A stretch of 64,000 nt of DNA from a virus. Positions within the stretch are counted from its first letter, which is position 1. Every line of letters starts with the position of its first letter. Shown here one piece after another: positions 18,191 through 28,128 of the stretch. The notes beneath the pieces were generated by a model that saw only the letters and a program-made list of their open reading frames with translations, was not told where the DNA came from and did not search any database. The stretch spans positions 32,001 to 96,000 of IMG/VR virus record IMGVR_UViG_3300030390_000715, one strand, 5' to 3'. The translations under genes and the position numbers were made by a program.

Positions 18191-18460
18191 ATGAATACTG
18201 CAAAAGACTTTGAAGTACTAATTACGTATAAGAGCGGACACAGTGAGATAGCTATAATTCCACTGACCCAGTACTGCTCGGAAATAGAAACACTACAGGG
18301 CAAACTGATGAAATACTGCATAAACACGAAAGACTATGAAGTACTAATTACGTATAAGAGTGGACACCGTGAGATAGCTATAATTCCACTGACCCAGTAC
18401 TCCTCAGAAATAGAAACACTACAGTCAGAAGGTCGGCTCGTAAGTATGGAGATTTTATAA
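18191..18460 (+). CDS. Hypothetical protein with internal 126-bp-period duplication
   Basis: D(F/Y)EVLITYKSGHxEIAIIPLTQYxSEIETLQ twice. Confidence 0.6.
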   Translation: MNTAKDFEVLITYKSGHSEIAIIPLTQYCSEIETLQGKLMKYCINTKDYEVLITYKSGHREIAIIPLTQYSSEIETLQSEGRLVSMEIL

Positions 18461-18461
18461 A

Positions 18462-20697
18462 ATGATTATTGATTTTGTAAAAAAAGCTGAAAAAGCTCTA
18501 GGCAAAAAGCGCATGAAGTTAGTCTCTTCAATTACACATGAGGCAGACATTATGGTGGTTAGCTTAAAACACCCATATATGCATACCCTTTATGACGAGA
18601 TTAGTTGGTTATATGGTGACGATTATGAGGATACTCAAGTTACAGTATTTAAGGATCTTTTAGACTGGTTTGACCTATATTATATCCGAAAAGTTACGGT
18701 TGAAAAATTGAAAAGCATAGGCGTATCTAAGTAAGAAAAATTTAGGTTTTAACCAACCGCACTTTCGGGGCATATCAAAGGAATAGTTGAATGAGAGAAA
18801 GTCGCCTAATAAAGGAATATTTTTCGTAAAACGCTTGACGGATGTATTGAAAACATTTATAATACTTGTATTGATTAACTGACTAGAGCGAGAAAATATT
18901 ATGACTTTAAAAGCATTGTTTGAATTTCATCCTTCTGAGTGTTTGATTATTGAAGACAGTATGTTCGTCTTGTTAGCGAATCGCGCTATCGCAATTCAAG
19001 TTTGTCAAGATAAAACTTTTGTTGTTAGTGTTTGGCACGAAGATAAGTTGATGATCGAAGAAGTCGCGACTACGCGTTCATTAGATAGAGCCATGCGAAT
19101 CGCGGCTACTTATAACGTAACTCCATTAATTGACGAAGATGGTTGCCTATCATAAGTTTAAAAAGGGGTTGACAACTACTGCCAACCCGATAGAATAACA
19201 CTTCATTAGACAAAAGGAACAATTGAAAATGAGAAAGCGAAGTGGTCGAAAAAACCAAAGCCGCGATTTTCCTACTCGTGCTAACCCTGTAGCTAAGAAC
19301 TTTGTGTTTGCCTGTGTAAACACCGACAATGTTGATGAAATTTGCTCTGATTGTTTTGTGGACACTCTTGAATATGCCCTTGAGATTCGAGAAGATCATC
19401 AAACTACATATTCGCTTATGTGGGACGGTGAAGATGTTAACACTGCCGTTATTATTGGAGAATTATCATGAGTAATATTTGTTATTCGGAGCAGAAGGAT
19501 CTGGTGTTATGCAAGACGAGAGGTATGCTTTACTTCATTCCAAAGAGCGAAGTGTCAAGAATATATATACCTAAGTCTACCACTCTTGACCAAATTGCTA
19601 TAAGGCTAGCATCTCTACAACTTTCAGAATTCGCGGTCGATGCCAGAGACCCTAAAAATCCTTATGTCCTTAAGAATCGTCACACCGGAGATGTGGGCAC
19701 TAAAATATTCATAGGCATTTCAAAGCCCACAAACACAGCAACCTTTTATGCGAAAATGTCCAACACATTTTTCCAAGTTCCGTTTACACCGAAAAAAGAG
19801 TTTGACGAACCACACCACATGGACTATAATAGGTCCATAGACTAACCAAAAGAGAAGATATTCATTATGTATTTAATTGTTGATAAAAATAGTGGCTTTC
19901 CTGTCACGCAAGACCTTCTGACTACGGAATCTGAGGCTGAGAAGTATAAAGCCAAGCATTGTGGAGATGTTGATTGTGTAGTTGTTTCTGAGAGTAATTA
20001 TAACGAAGGGTTCTTTCATAGACGATGGCCCATGACTGCCACAAGGAGTCTATAGTATGAAGTACCAATCTCATAGTGAAATACCAATCCAGTACCGCAA
20101 AATAATTCTTAGTGCAGTTTCCGAGAAACGCGTCAATAAAGTTGATATTATAAAATGTAATGATATCATCGAAGAGCATGATCGACACGAAGCGCAAATG
20201 GCACCACTTCGAAAGTTTCAGATTACCTATCAGAAAGGAAAGACTCGAAAGGTCTATGATTACAATAACGCTTCTGATGCTCTAACGACCCTTGACCAGT
20301 TAATTGGATTTGATGAACGCGATCCTGACGTTCTAGCTGTAGTGAAACAAGGTGATAGAATAGTACGTGGTTACTTTAAAGGCGAGTGGTATATTCCTGA
20401 GCCGCGTGATGCAATTAAATATGTTAATAGGGTGTAAATGAAATGACAATGTTAAAAAATATAGCTATCATCACCAAAACCTGTGATGCAACTTTCGACG
20501 AGGCTTCTTTAAGGTCTGTTTACGATTTAGTTAAACGTATGGGATTAGATAGATGTGTCGAACTAGAAGAGTCTAATGATGGACAAAAATACACTATGGA
20601 AATGATGGAAGCGTTTCGCGGACCAAGGGCTGAAATAAGAAACCGCTCTCATGGGTCCCTGATAGAAGTGATTCATGTGCAAAGTAATCTATCATGA
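18462..20697 (+). other. Run of small hypothetical early genes with internal promoters
   Basis: ORFs at 18462, 18901, 19223, 19468, 19867, 20057 and 20443; TTGAC promoters near 18836 and 19169. Confidence 0.55.
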
Positions 20698-21335
20698 ACA
20701 GTAACTTAGGGAATATTATATTAATTGACTGCGACGGTGTTCTGCTTAATTGGGAACACTCGTTCGTCCAATTCATGGAGACCTATTCAGATTTGAAACG
20801 ACTTCCTGATGCAGATAAGCATTATAATATCGCCAAACAATATGGCATCAGCAATAAATCTGGCAAATATTGGGCTGAGAGATTCAACACTAGTGCGGCA
20901 ATAGGTAGTCTACCACCGTTCCGTGATGCTATTAAGTATGTCCGCAAACTCCACGAAGAACATGGCTACGTGTTTCACTGCATTACTTCTATGAGCGATG
21001 ATAAGTACGCTGTTCAACTTAGAGTTGAAAACCTAGAGCGCGTATTTGGTAAGGGCATATTCGAGAGGATTGTTTGTCTTCCAGTAGGTGCTGATAAGAC
21101 CGATACACTATTCGAATATAAAGATAGCGACTATTACTGGATTGAAGATAAGGTTGCCAATGCTATGGTCGGATTAGATTTGGGGCTAGAACCTATTATC
21201 GTCGAGCATGTTAACACCGCTAATCAAGTAGAAGACGTGGAGAGTTTATTTCAATTATTTCAATCTCTCGGTAATTGTTTCTATGCTGTTAAATGGAAAG
21301 ACATCTACAACCACATTACTGGAGAAGAATCATGA
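20694..21335 (+). CDS. HAD-superfamily nucleotidase-like protein (T4 gp30.2-like)
   Basis: DCDGVL, CITS, WIEDK..N. Confidence 0.8.
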   Translation: MNSNLGNIILIDCDGVLLNWEHSFVQFMETYSDLKRLPDADKHYNIAKQYGISNKSGKYWAERFNTSAAIGSLPPFRDAIKYVRKLHEEHGYVFHCITSMSDDKYAVQLRVENLERVFGKGIFERIVCLPVGADKTDTLFEYKDSDYYWIEDKVANAMVGLDLGLEPIIVEHVNTANQVEDVESLFQLFQSLGNCFYAVKWKDIYNHITGEES

Positions 21336-21595
21336 GACTTATAAACAATTTACCTGAAAACTCGGATATAAAAGCGATTGATATTAGTTCCGAGCGAAAA
21401 CGCAAGTATTATTACCCGATGATCGACGGGAATGATGCTTACGATATCACCATAGATCGTCCTAAAATGGTGTATATCACACCCGAAGGCAATCATCGCG
21501 TTCTTGATGATTACGGTTGGGTCAGTCGTATTCCACCGGGTTGGTCTGTACTTAGTTGGTTACCTGGAACTGATCAACCTCACGTAGTAGCCTAA
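21332..21595 (+). CDS. Hypothetical protein
   Basis: ATGA overlap with the HAD gene. Confidence 0.5.
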   Translation: MRLINNLPENSDIKAIDISSERKRKYYYPMIDGNDAYDITIDRPKMVYITPEGNHRVLDDYGWVSRIPPGWSVLSWLPGTDQPHVVA

Positions 21596-21599
21596 AAGT

Positions 21600-21628
21600 T
21601 TGACAATACTAACGCGTTCGTATATAAT
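21600..21628 (+). promoter_or_regulatory. sigma70 promoter
   Basis: TTGACA-17-TATAAT. Confidence 0.75.
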
Positions 21629-21651
21629 GATTATCTATTAATGAGACGAGG

Positions 21652-22257
21652 TTGAGAAAAATGCAAAAATGGTCTAGTGTATTAGAATCGTTTGTTTGGG
21701 TTCTTTTGTCGTGTGTCGTGTTGACGGCGATAATAGGTTCTTATTATGACTTTAGAAAAGATAACGTAGTCGAACCGCCCGTGATTATATTCGAAGAAGG
21801 TGCGTTCGAACGAGAAGAGAACGTCGAGGTGCAGAAAGATGTACCAGACAACGACCAATTAGAATGTTTAGCCTTGAATACATATCACGAGAGTAGAGGG
21901 GAATCTATCGCAGGGCAATTAGCTGTCGCTCAAGTTGTTATGAATCGAGTCAAGAGCGAACGATTCCCTAATAGTGTTTGCGAGGTAGTCAAACAAGGTC
22001 CCACTTACGAAAACTGGAAAGGGAATGAGCTTCCGGTATTAAACAAGTGTCACTTTTCTTGGTACTGCGACGGTAAGAGTGACAACTACAATCCTAAGAC
22101 ATTAGATACTATACGAGATTTAGTGGTAGCCGTTATGGTCGATTCGCTAGATTACACCGATGGTGCGACTCACTATCACGCAGATTATGTTGACCCGTGG
22201 TGGGCAAAACATTACGAGGTCACTACACAAATTGATGACCACATATTTTACAAATAA
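21652..22257 (+). CDS. SleB-like cell wall hydrolase with N-terminal TM
   Basis: CLALNTYHESRGE, AVAQVVMNRV, FSWYCDG, GATHYHADYV. Confidence 0.9.
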   Translation: MRKMQKWSSVLESFVWVLLSCVVLTAIIGSYYDFRKDNVVEPPVIIFEEGAFEREENVEVQKDVPDNDQLECLALNTYHESRGESIAGQLAVAQVVMNRVKSERFPNSVCEVVKQGPTYENWKGNELPVLNKCHFSWYCDGKSDNYNPKTLDTIRDLVVAVMVDSLDYTDGATHYHADYVDPWWAKHYEVTTQIDDHIFYK

Positions 22258-22515
22258 GTGAGAGTAAACTATAACCAATACTAAAAAGGGATTAAACAGC
22301 ATGAAAGCACATGATTTATATAGCGCAAAATGTAAAGCCGTCGAGCATTTTAAAGTACCCAAGAGTAAAAAACACCTTGTCGCAATCGAACCGGCATACG
22401 AAAACGAAACGGATGAATTTTGTGCTGGGTGGATTGCATTCTACAACCAAAAGAAAGTTGAGATTCTAAAAGAGATAACAGCATGAAAATCAATAAATTG
22501 CTTAGACTATAACCA

Positions 22516-23619
22516 ATGGCATCATTATCATACGTCGACCTTCTGAAGCGCGACAACATTGAAGTTCTATTAGAAAGAATTGATAGCAGATCCACAATGA
22601 TTCTGGGTGCACGAGATGACGGTGAAGTAATCAATCTCTCGGGTGCTATCGAGTTGAATAATATCCGACACGAGAATTTATCGCCCGAAGAGTTGAGAGA
22701 GTTTCTTACTAAACGAACCTCGACTGATTCAATTCAGATAGAAACTAGTGACCAACGAATGATACGAGTAACGAAATTCTTTAAAGATAAATCGTTTGGT
22801 GGTGTGCCAGGTAAATCAAGTGGTGCAGGATCAGAACGTCAAGAGGAAGGTGTGATCGATGCTATTATAGGTTGCCTCGAGAGGTCTAATAACATCGCTA
22901 ATGATCACAGTCCTCTTCCTATAACAGTCACTACACTCAACTACCCGAGAATGGATCTAGAATATCCAAAGCCAATATTCATAGTCAACGCTTCAAAAAA
23001 TGAAGGTCTTAGTTCTATTGGCAAAGAGCCTTATATTGATGTCAACTTGGTATCAAATAAAGGTGAAGTCGTTGGCTGTTCTATGAAAGGTATGAGCGCA
23101 CCTTCACTCGCAGGTGGCGGTCTTGCCGGTATCAACACAGTAACACCACACTTAATGCCTCGATTATATACTTCGGTGACCAACCATTTAGTGTCCGAAG
23201 GCTACCATCATGGAGACATTGTAGACAATAAAGAATTGCCTGATCTATACTTACCTGTTCCTCTAACTGATACCCGAATTCTTATTGAAGGTACAAAAGA
23301 GATGGGTGGTCCAGTCCAGTTCATGTATGTCGGACCAATGGACGTAACATACACCTTTCAAAGAGACTTCGGGCAATATAACGTAGACCTCAACGGCAAC
23401 TTCTATTCTGTCGAAGAGTATATGCAGAAGATACCGGAGTTCTATTTTAGAGTGAGAAAGCGCGACCTAGACGTTGACAATAGAGTGCAAATAGATTATT
23501 ATAACTTAAACAAAGAGGGTTTTCCTAAACTATTTACTTCGCCAACGACTGGCAAGAATAATCTAAGAATAGTAGTAGTTGACAAGGTGCCCAAAACGGG
23601 TAAGAAATTGCCCTTATAA
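22516..23619 (+). CDS. Hypothetical protein, possibly PD-(D/E)xK-like nuclease fold
   Basis: Long ORF; RQE...D...SMK spacing is suggestive only. Confidence 0.4.
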   Translation: MASLSYVDLLKRDNIEVLLERIDSRSTMILGARDDGEVINLSGAIELNNIRHENLSPEELREFLTKRTSTDSIQIETSDQRMIRVTKFFKDKSFGGVPGKSSGAGSERQEEGVIDAIIGCLERSNNIANDHSPLPITVTTLNYPRMDLEYPKPIFIVNASKNEGLSSIGKEPYIDVNLVSNKGEVVGCSMKGMSAPSLAGGGLAGINTVTPHLMPRLYTSVTNHLVSEGYHHGDIVDNKELPDLYLPVPLTDTRILIEGTKEMGGPVQFMYVGPMDVTYTFQRDFGQYNVDLNGNFYSVEEYMQKIPEFYFRVRKRDLDVDNRVQIDYYNLNKEGFPKLFTSPTTGKNNLRIVVVDKVPKTGKKLPL

Positions 23620-23622
23620 ATA
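23615..23622 (+). promoter_or_regulatory. T4-type late promoter
   Basis: TATAAATA 21 bp upstream of the ATG. Confidence 0.7.
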
Positions 23623-23642
23623 ACCGTATAACGGAGATTATA

Positions 23643-24863
23643 ATGGACTCGTTCGCTAACTTTTCACTCACCGAACAGAAGAATACTCATATGACTCACC
23701 TTGAAGATAAGGTGATATATGGTGGTGCTGACGGTACTCGTCAAGCAATCAATGCACTTCGCGATCTACGTAACATGCTGGCTGGTAAAAAGAAAGGTAG
23801 TATATCAGTCAAGTGGGATGGTGCACCCGCAGTATTCGCAGGAATTGATCCAACTGACGGCAAGTTCTTTGTCGCCAAGAAAAGTATCTTCAACAAGAAT
23901 CCTAAAGTCTATAAATCACCCGAAGATATCGATAGCGATACCTCGGGCGACCTCAATGATAAACTTCAACTCGCACTACAATATCTGCCCGAGTTAGGAA
24001 TAAAAGGCGTTATTCAAGGCGACTTCCTATACAAAAGATCAGAGCTAAAAACGAAATCAATTGGCACTGAGACATATGTAACATTTCATCCCAACACACT
24101 GGTCTATGCAGTACCCGTTGATCAAGCTAAAGTAGTTCTCGCTTCGAAAATAGGCATTGTGTGGCACACTACATATAAGGGTAGCTCGTTCGAAAGTATG
24201 AGTGCCTCGTATGGGGTAGATGTGAGCAAGTTAAATAAATCTAAAAATGTTTGGTCACAAGACGCTGTATTGCGCGATGTATCAAATGCAACTATGACAA
24301 AGAAAGAAACGGAGACAGTAAATGAATACCTTACGCAAATTGGTAAACTCTTTAATCAAATTTCTGGGACAACTCTTAGGACGCTCGGAGCCAATCAAGC
24401 CCTTGCCCAAACAATCGAAACCTTCGGCAACACCAAAGTCAGAAAAGGTCAAGTCATCGGCAACACGAAAAAGCACGCCGAAGACCTCATCCGGTACATC
24501 GAGACTAGATACGAAAAGGAAATTGAAAAGCGCAAAACTGAAAAAGGAAGAAGTAGCCAAAAGGCAAAACTCGAAGAAGTCCTCAAATTCTTCAGCCAAG
24601 AAAACAAAGAAAGTCTAATAAAAATGTTCGAATTGCAAAAGTTACTCATTTTAGTGAAGTTAAAACTTATAAATAACCTTAACAGATTGAGTAAATTTGA
24701 TACTTTCGTGAAGACCAGTAAGGGTTTTAAGACAACTGGTCAAGAAGGTTACGTAGCAATAGATACATTAGGTGGTGACGCGGTGAAACTTGTTGACAGA
24801 ATGGAATTTTCCTACAACAACTTTTCACCCAATATATTGAAGGGCTGGGATAAAGCTAAATAA
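23643..24863 (+). CDS. Conserved T4-like phage protein (DUF6267-like)
   Basis: KNTHMTHLED, VKWDGAPA, EGYVA, KLVDRMEFS. Confidence 0.75.
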   Translation: MDSFANFSLTEQKNTHMTHLEDKVIYGGADGTRQAINALRDLRNMLAGKKKGSISVKWDGAPAVFAGIDPTDGKFFVAKKSIFNKNPKVYKSPEDIDSDTSGDLNDKLQLALQYLPELGIKGVIQGDFLYKRSELKTKSIGTETYVTFHPNTLVYAVPVDQAKVVLASKIGIVWHTTYKGSSFESMSASYGVDVSKLNKSKNVWSQDAVLRDVSNATMTKKETETVNEYLTQIGKLFNQISGTTLRTLGANQALAQTIETFGNTKVRKGQVIGNTKKHAEDLIRYIETRYEKEIEKRKTEKGRSSQKAKLEEVLKFFSQENKESLIKMFELQKLLILVKLKLINNLNRLSKFDTFVKTSKGFKTTGQEGYVAIDTLGGDAVKLVDRMEFSYNNFSPNILKGWDKAK

Positions 24864-24900
24864 TACTATATTGAATGGGTAAACCAAAAGGTACTAATCG

Positions 24901-25275
24901 ATGGCTGATCAACCATTATCGTTCAAGAGTTTCTTGGCGACGGATACACCTACCGAGGCGTTAGACTTCTCACAGAGACGCGCACGTGGTAGAGTGATGA
25001 AAAAGAATAAAGCAAAGATTGCTATGGGGCGCAGACGTGCCGCTAAGAAAACTGCTAGTGTAGAAGTCCTCAAAAAACGCGCTCGTAAAGGCGCAGTCAA
25101 TGACCTATTCAAAAAATTCTCTAAGGGTAAATCACGAGGCGAAATGCCTGCGGCTCGTCGCGCTGAGATAGAAAAGCGTATAAGTAAAATGAGTTCAAAG
25201 GTCGCAGTGATGACCCGTAAGAAACTACCACAGATTCGAAGTCTAGAAAAACAACGTAAGATGGGCAAAAAATGA
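24901..25275 (+). CDS. Highly basic protein, possible internal head protein
   Basis: SFKSFL...E leader, K/R-rich. Confidence 0.55.
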   Translation: MADQPLSFKSFLATDTPTEALDFSQRRARGRVMKKNKAKIAMGRRRAAKKTASVEVLKKRARKGAVNDLFKKFSKGKSRGEMPAARRAEIEKRISKMSSKVAVMTRKKLPQIRSLEKQRKMGKK

Positions 25276-26549
25276 TTCCTTCCTTTAAACAATATCTCGT
25301 AGAAGAAAACCGTGAAGTGTTCTTCTCATTCGGTCGTATGAATCCACCGACAATAGGGCACAGCAAGTTGGTGACTAGTCTAGCTACTAAAGCTGGCAAG
25401 AACCCATATTACATTTATCTTTCACAGACTAATAAGCCTAAAAAAGATCCTCTTGAATACACTCAAAAAGTGAAGCACGTTCGTAAGATGTTCCCTAAGC
25501 ATGGACGAAATGTTGTACTCGACAAGAAGGTGCGTGATGTATTCGACATTGCTGTCGGGCTATATGCTCAAGGATTTAATAAGATCACAATGGTCGTTGG
25601 TTCTGATCGCGTCACTGAATTCGAAACACTCCTGAATAAGTATAACGGTAAAGAAGGTCGACATGGAACGTATAACTTCGAGCGTATCACCGTAATATCA
25701 GGGGGTGAACGCGATCCTGATAGCGATGGTGTCGAAGGAATGTCTGCCTCTAAACAACGCGAAAATGCTCGAAACAATGATTTCTCTACATTCTCTCAAG
25801 GCTTACCTAAGAATGTAAACGCTAAAGATGCAAAGAAGTTGTTCAATGACGTTCGAGCGGGAATGGGGCTAGAAGAAACTACCTCGTTTAAAAATCATAT
25901 TGAGTTAGAGTCCGTTAGCGAAACCCGCGAGAAATTCGTAAAGGGTGAACTGTTCAATCTCACTGATAAAGTCGTTATCATAGAAGATCAGCGCACAGGC
26001 TATATTCAGACGATAGGCACTAATTATGTTATCGTAGCATTAGATGAAGGTGGTATTACTCGACAATGGATTGATTCAGTCGAGAGAATATCCGAGAGAT
26101 CACTTTCTAACTTAGCAATTGATTTTATCGACAAGAAGCTTAATGCTAAAAAGTACACTAGTGCTATACAGACTTTTATCAAAATCGCACGAAAGAATCC
26201 TGATAGCAATCAAAATGTGGTCAAAGCCGCGCAGGTTCATCGTCTTCCAGTACGCCAACTTCAAAGCATTATAAAAGACATGCTGAAGAGTAAAGACGCG
26301 CCCAAAGAATTGTTAAACTATAGAAAAATGTTCGAGTCTGCGCCTGAATGGGGCACAGATGAAGCTACTGAGAAGGCTAAAACTATGGTTCCAGGGCAGA
26401 ACGAAGAGAAAGAAGATGCCGTTGATACCGCACGTAAGGTCATAGCTAAAGATGACAAACTTGATAAAATTAAGCATGATCGTATTATGGATAGAGCAAG
26501 ACTAAATCGCGCTAGACGCAAAAATAAACAGACGAATCCAAAAGTATAA
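25272..26549 (+). CDS. Cytidylyltransferase-family (HIGH) nucleotidyltransferase, multi-domain
   Basis: FGRMNPPTIGH, VVGSDR, RDPD..G..GMSAS. Confidence 0.85.
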   Translation: MIPSFKQYLVEENREVFFSFGRMNPPTIGHSKLVTSLATKAGKNPYYIYLSQTNKPKKDPLEYTQKVKHVRKMFPKHGRNVVLDKKVRDVFDIAVGLYAQGFNKITMVVGSDRVTEFETLLNKYNGKEGRHGTYNFERITVISGGERDPDSDGVEGMSASKQRENARNNDFSTFSQGLPKNVNAKDAKKLFNDVRAGMGLEETTSFKNHIELESVSETREKFVKGELFNLTDKVVIIEDQRTGYIQTIGTNYVIVALDEGGITRQWIDSVERISERSLSNLAIDFIDKKLNAKKYTSAIQTFIKIARKNPDSNQNVVKAAQVHRLPVRQLQSIIKDMLKSKDAPKELLNYRKMFESAPEWGTDEATEKAKTMVPGQNEEKEDAVDTARKVIAKDDKLDKIKHDRIMDRARLNRARRKNKQTNPKV

Positions 26550-26552
26550 ATA
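26545..26552 (+). promoter_or_regulatory. T4-type late promoter
   Basis: TATAAATA. Confidence 0.65.
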
Positions 26553-26557
26553 GACTT

Positions 26558-27769
26558 ATGAAATCATTTAAAACTGTAATAGAATCTGTATCGCAAAGAG
26601 AACTAGACGACCTCGAGAAATTCGGGGACAGACTACTTAACAAATTTGACATCGATATAGAATTCACTCGACACTTCGCCGATCGTCTTAATGATAAGAG
26701 GAATAAGCCTGCTATTGACGTAGAAGAGCTAAAAACTCTATTCAAAAAGATGGCAGATAATAAAGGCAAGAAGATCAAAAAGCATGGTAACTCTGAAGTT
26801 ATTCTAAAAGATATGCAGGCTGATCTTAATCTACCTGTCGTGATTAACTGGAAGAACGGTGAGTTCGAAGTTGTTAACAAAACTATTATGAGAAAGAAGG
26901 GTTTTAAATCTCCTGACCCTATGCTAAAATACGAGTCTGTCGAAGAAGAGCGGAACTATCGCAAAGAATACGATAACTACCATAAAGACCCAATTCAAGT
27001 AAAAAGACGCGCAAAGAGAAATGAAGCGCGTCGAAGCTTACGCGGTAGAAAAGACTTGACGGATGATAAGGATGTGCATCATAAAGATAACGATCCAATG
27101 AACAACGATCCATCAAACTTAGCTATAGTAACACAACACTATAATCGCAGAGAACCGAGACTTCGCAAAGAGGAAACCGCTACAGTGAAAACTATACAGG
27201 ACATCATCAAAGAGTCAGGAGCGCGACGATTGACCAATCGCTTAAAGAAGGGCGGTGTTGATCTTGACAAACGAGCGAAAGAACGTGCCGCTAGTCATGC
27301 CGCATTAGTAAAGAAGTATGCGAGTGATAAGAAGGAAGAAGTCGATGAAATGAAAGACGATCCTTGTTGGAAAGATCACGAAATGGTCGGGCACAAGATG
27401 AAGAATGGTAAAAAAGTACCTAATTGTGTACCCAAAGAATCTGTTAAAGAAGCTCGAAGTATAAAGATTGCTAAGGGTGATAAAACTCGTACCGTTAATA
27501 AGCAAGAGCTATCTACATACAAGCAGATGGGCTGGAAAGTAGTCGCTGAATCTGCTCTTCTTGACGAAGAAACATTTTACATTGATTTTCTGAATAAGAA
27601 AAAGGGATTTAAACAAGATAGGATTAAGTTTAAATCTCACGATGCCGCAGTAAAATGGGCTAAGAAAAACATGGATAAGTTTAACAGCGATATGATAAAA
27701 ACAGAAAGTGTTAACCTTGAAGTCGAACGGGATTTCTTTGCTATTAGAGAAGCGACGAAGAAAAATTAA
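26558..27769 (+). CDS. Multi-domain putative virion polyprotein (RegB/RelE-like domain + HNH-like motif + small domains)
   Basis: FTRHFADR; DVHHKDNDPMNN..SNL....N; repeated (I/L/V)xE linkers. Confidence 0.5.
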   Translation: MKSFKTVIESVSQRELDDLEKFGDRLLNKFDIDIEFTRHFADRLNDKRNKPAIDVEELKTLFKKMADNKGKKIKKHGNSEVILKDMQADLNLPVVINWKNGEFEVVNKTIMRKKGFKSPDPMLKYESVEEERNYRKEYDNYHKDPIQVKRRAKRNEARRSLRGRKDLTDDKDVHHKDNDPMNNDPSNLAIVTQHYNRREPRLRKEETATVKTIQDIIKESGARRLTNRLKKGGVDLDKRAKERAASHAALVKKYASDKKEEVDEMKDDPCWKDHEMVGHKMKNGKKVPNCVPKESVKEARSIKIAKGDKTRTVNKQELSTYKQMGWKVVAESALLDEETFYIDFLNKKKGFKQDRIKFKSHDAAVKWAKKNMDKFNSDMIKTESVNLEVERDFFAIREATKKN

Positions 27770-27810
27770 TCAACTATATAACGGATCGACTTGATCGATA
27801 ACAATAAAAA

Positions 27811-28119
27811 ATGGCAGTCACTAACGCAGATAGATTAACAAGAATTGAAGACAAGCTCGACGCGATGGGCGAAGCATTGGTAGCTATCGCAAGAATTCAG
27901 GAGAAAGTTGCAGATTTGGAAAATCGACGAGAAGAGCAAAGCGATCGGCTCAACCATGAATCTAAAAAATTAGATGATATAGATACGAAAGTCACAGCAT
28001 TGATTACGAAAGTTGGAGCTATGCAAACCTATGGCATGGTAGCATTCTCGGCTCTAGCTTCAGTGATATTAGCAGTATTAACCGGTGCGATTGGAGTACC
28101 ACACATACCACACCCCTAG
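27811..28119 (+). CDS. Coiled-coil protein with C-terminal TM (XhlA/holin-like)
   Basis: RLTRIEDKLD coiled coil and hydrophobic C-terminus. Confidence 0.55.
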   Translation: MAVTNADRLTRIEDKLDAMGEALVAIARIQEKVADLENRREEQSDRLNHESKKLDDIDTKVTALITKVGAMQTYGMVAFSALASVILAVLTGAIGVPHIPHP

Positions 28120-28128
28120 GAGAACAAC

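Noticed and set aside
27844-27906. Repeat pair with 51159-51221 as DGR template and variable repeats
   Set aside because: Mismatches are not confined to adenines of one copy, the location is N-terminal, and there is no reverse transcriptase in the window
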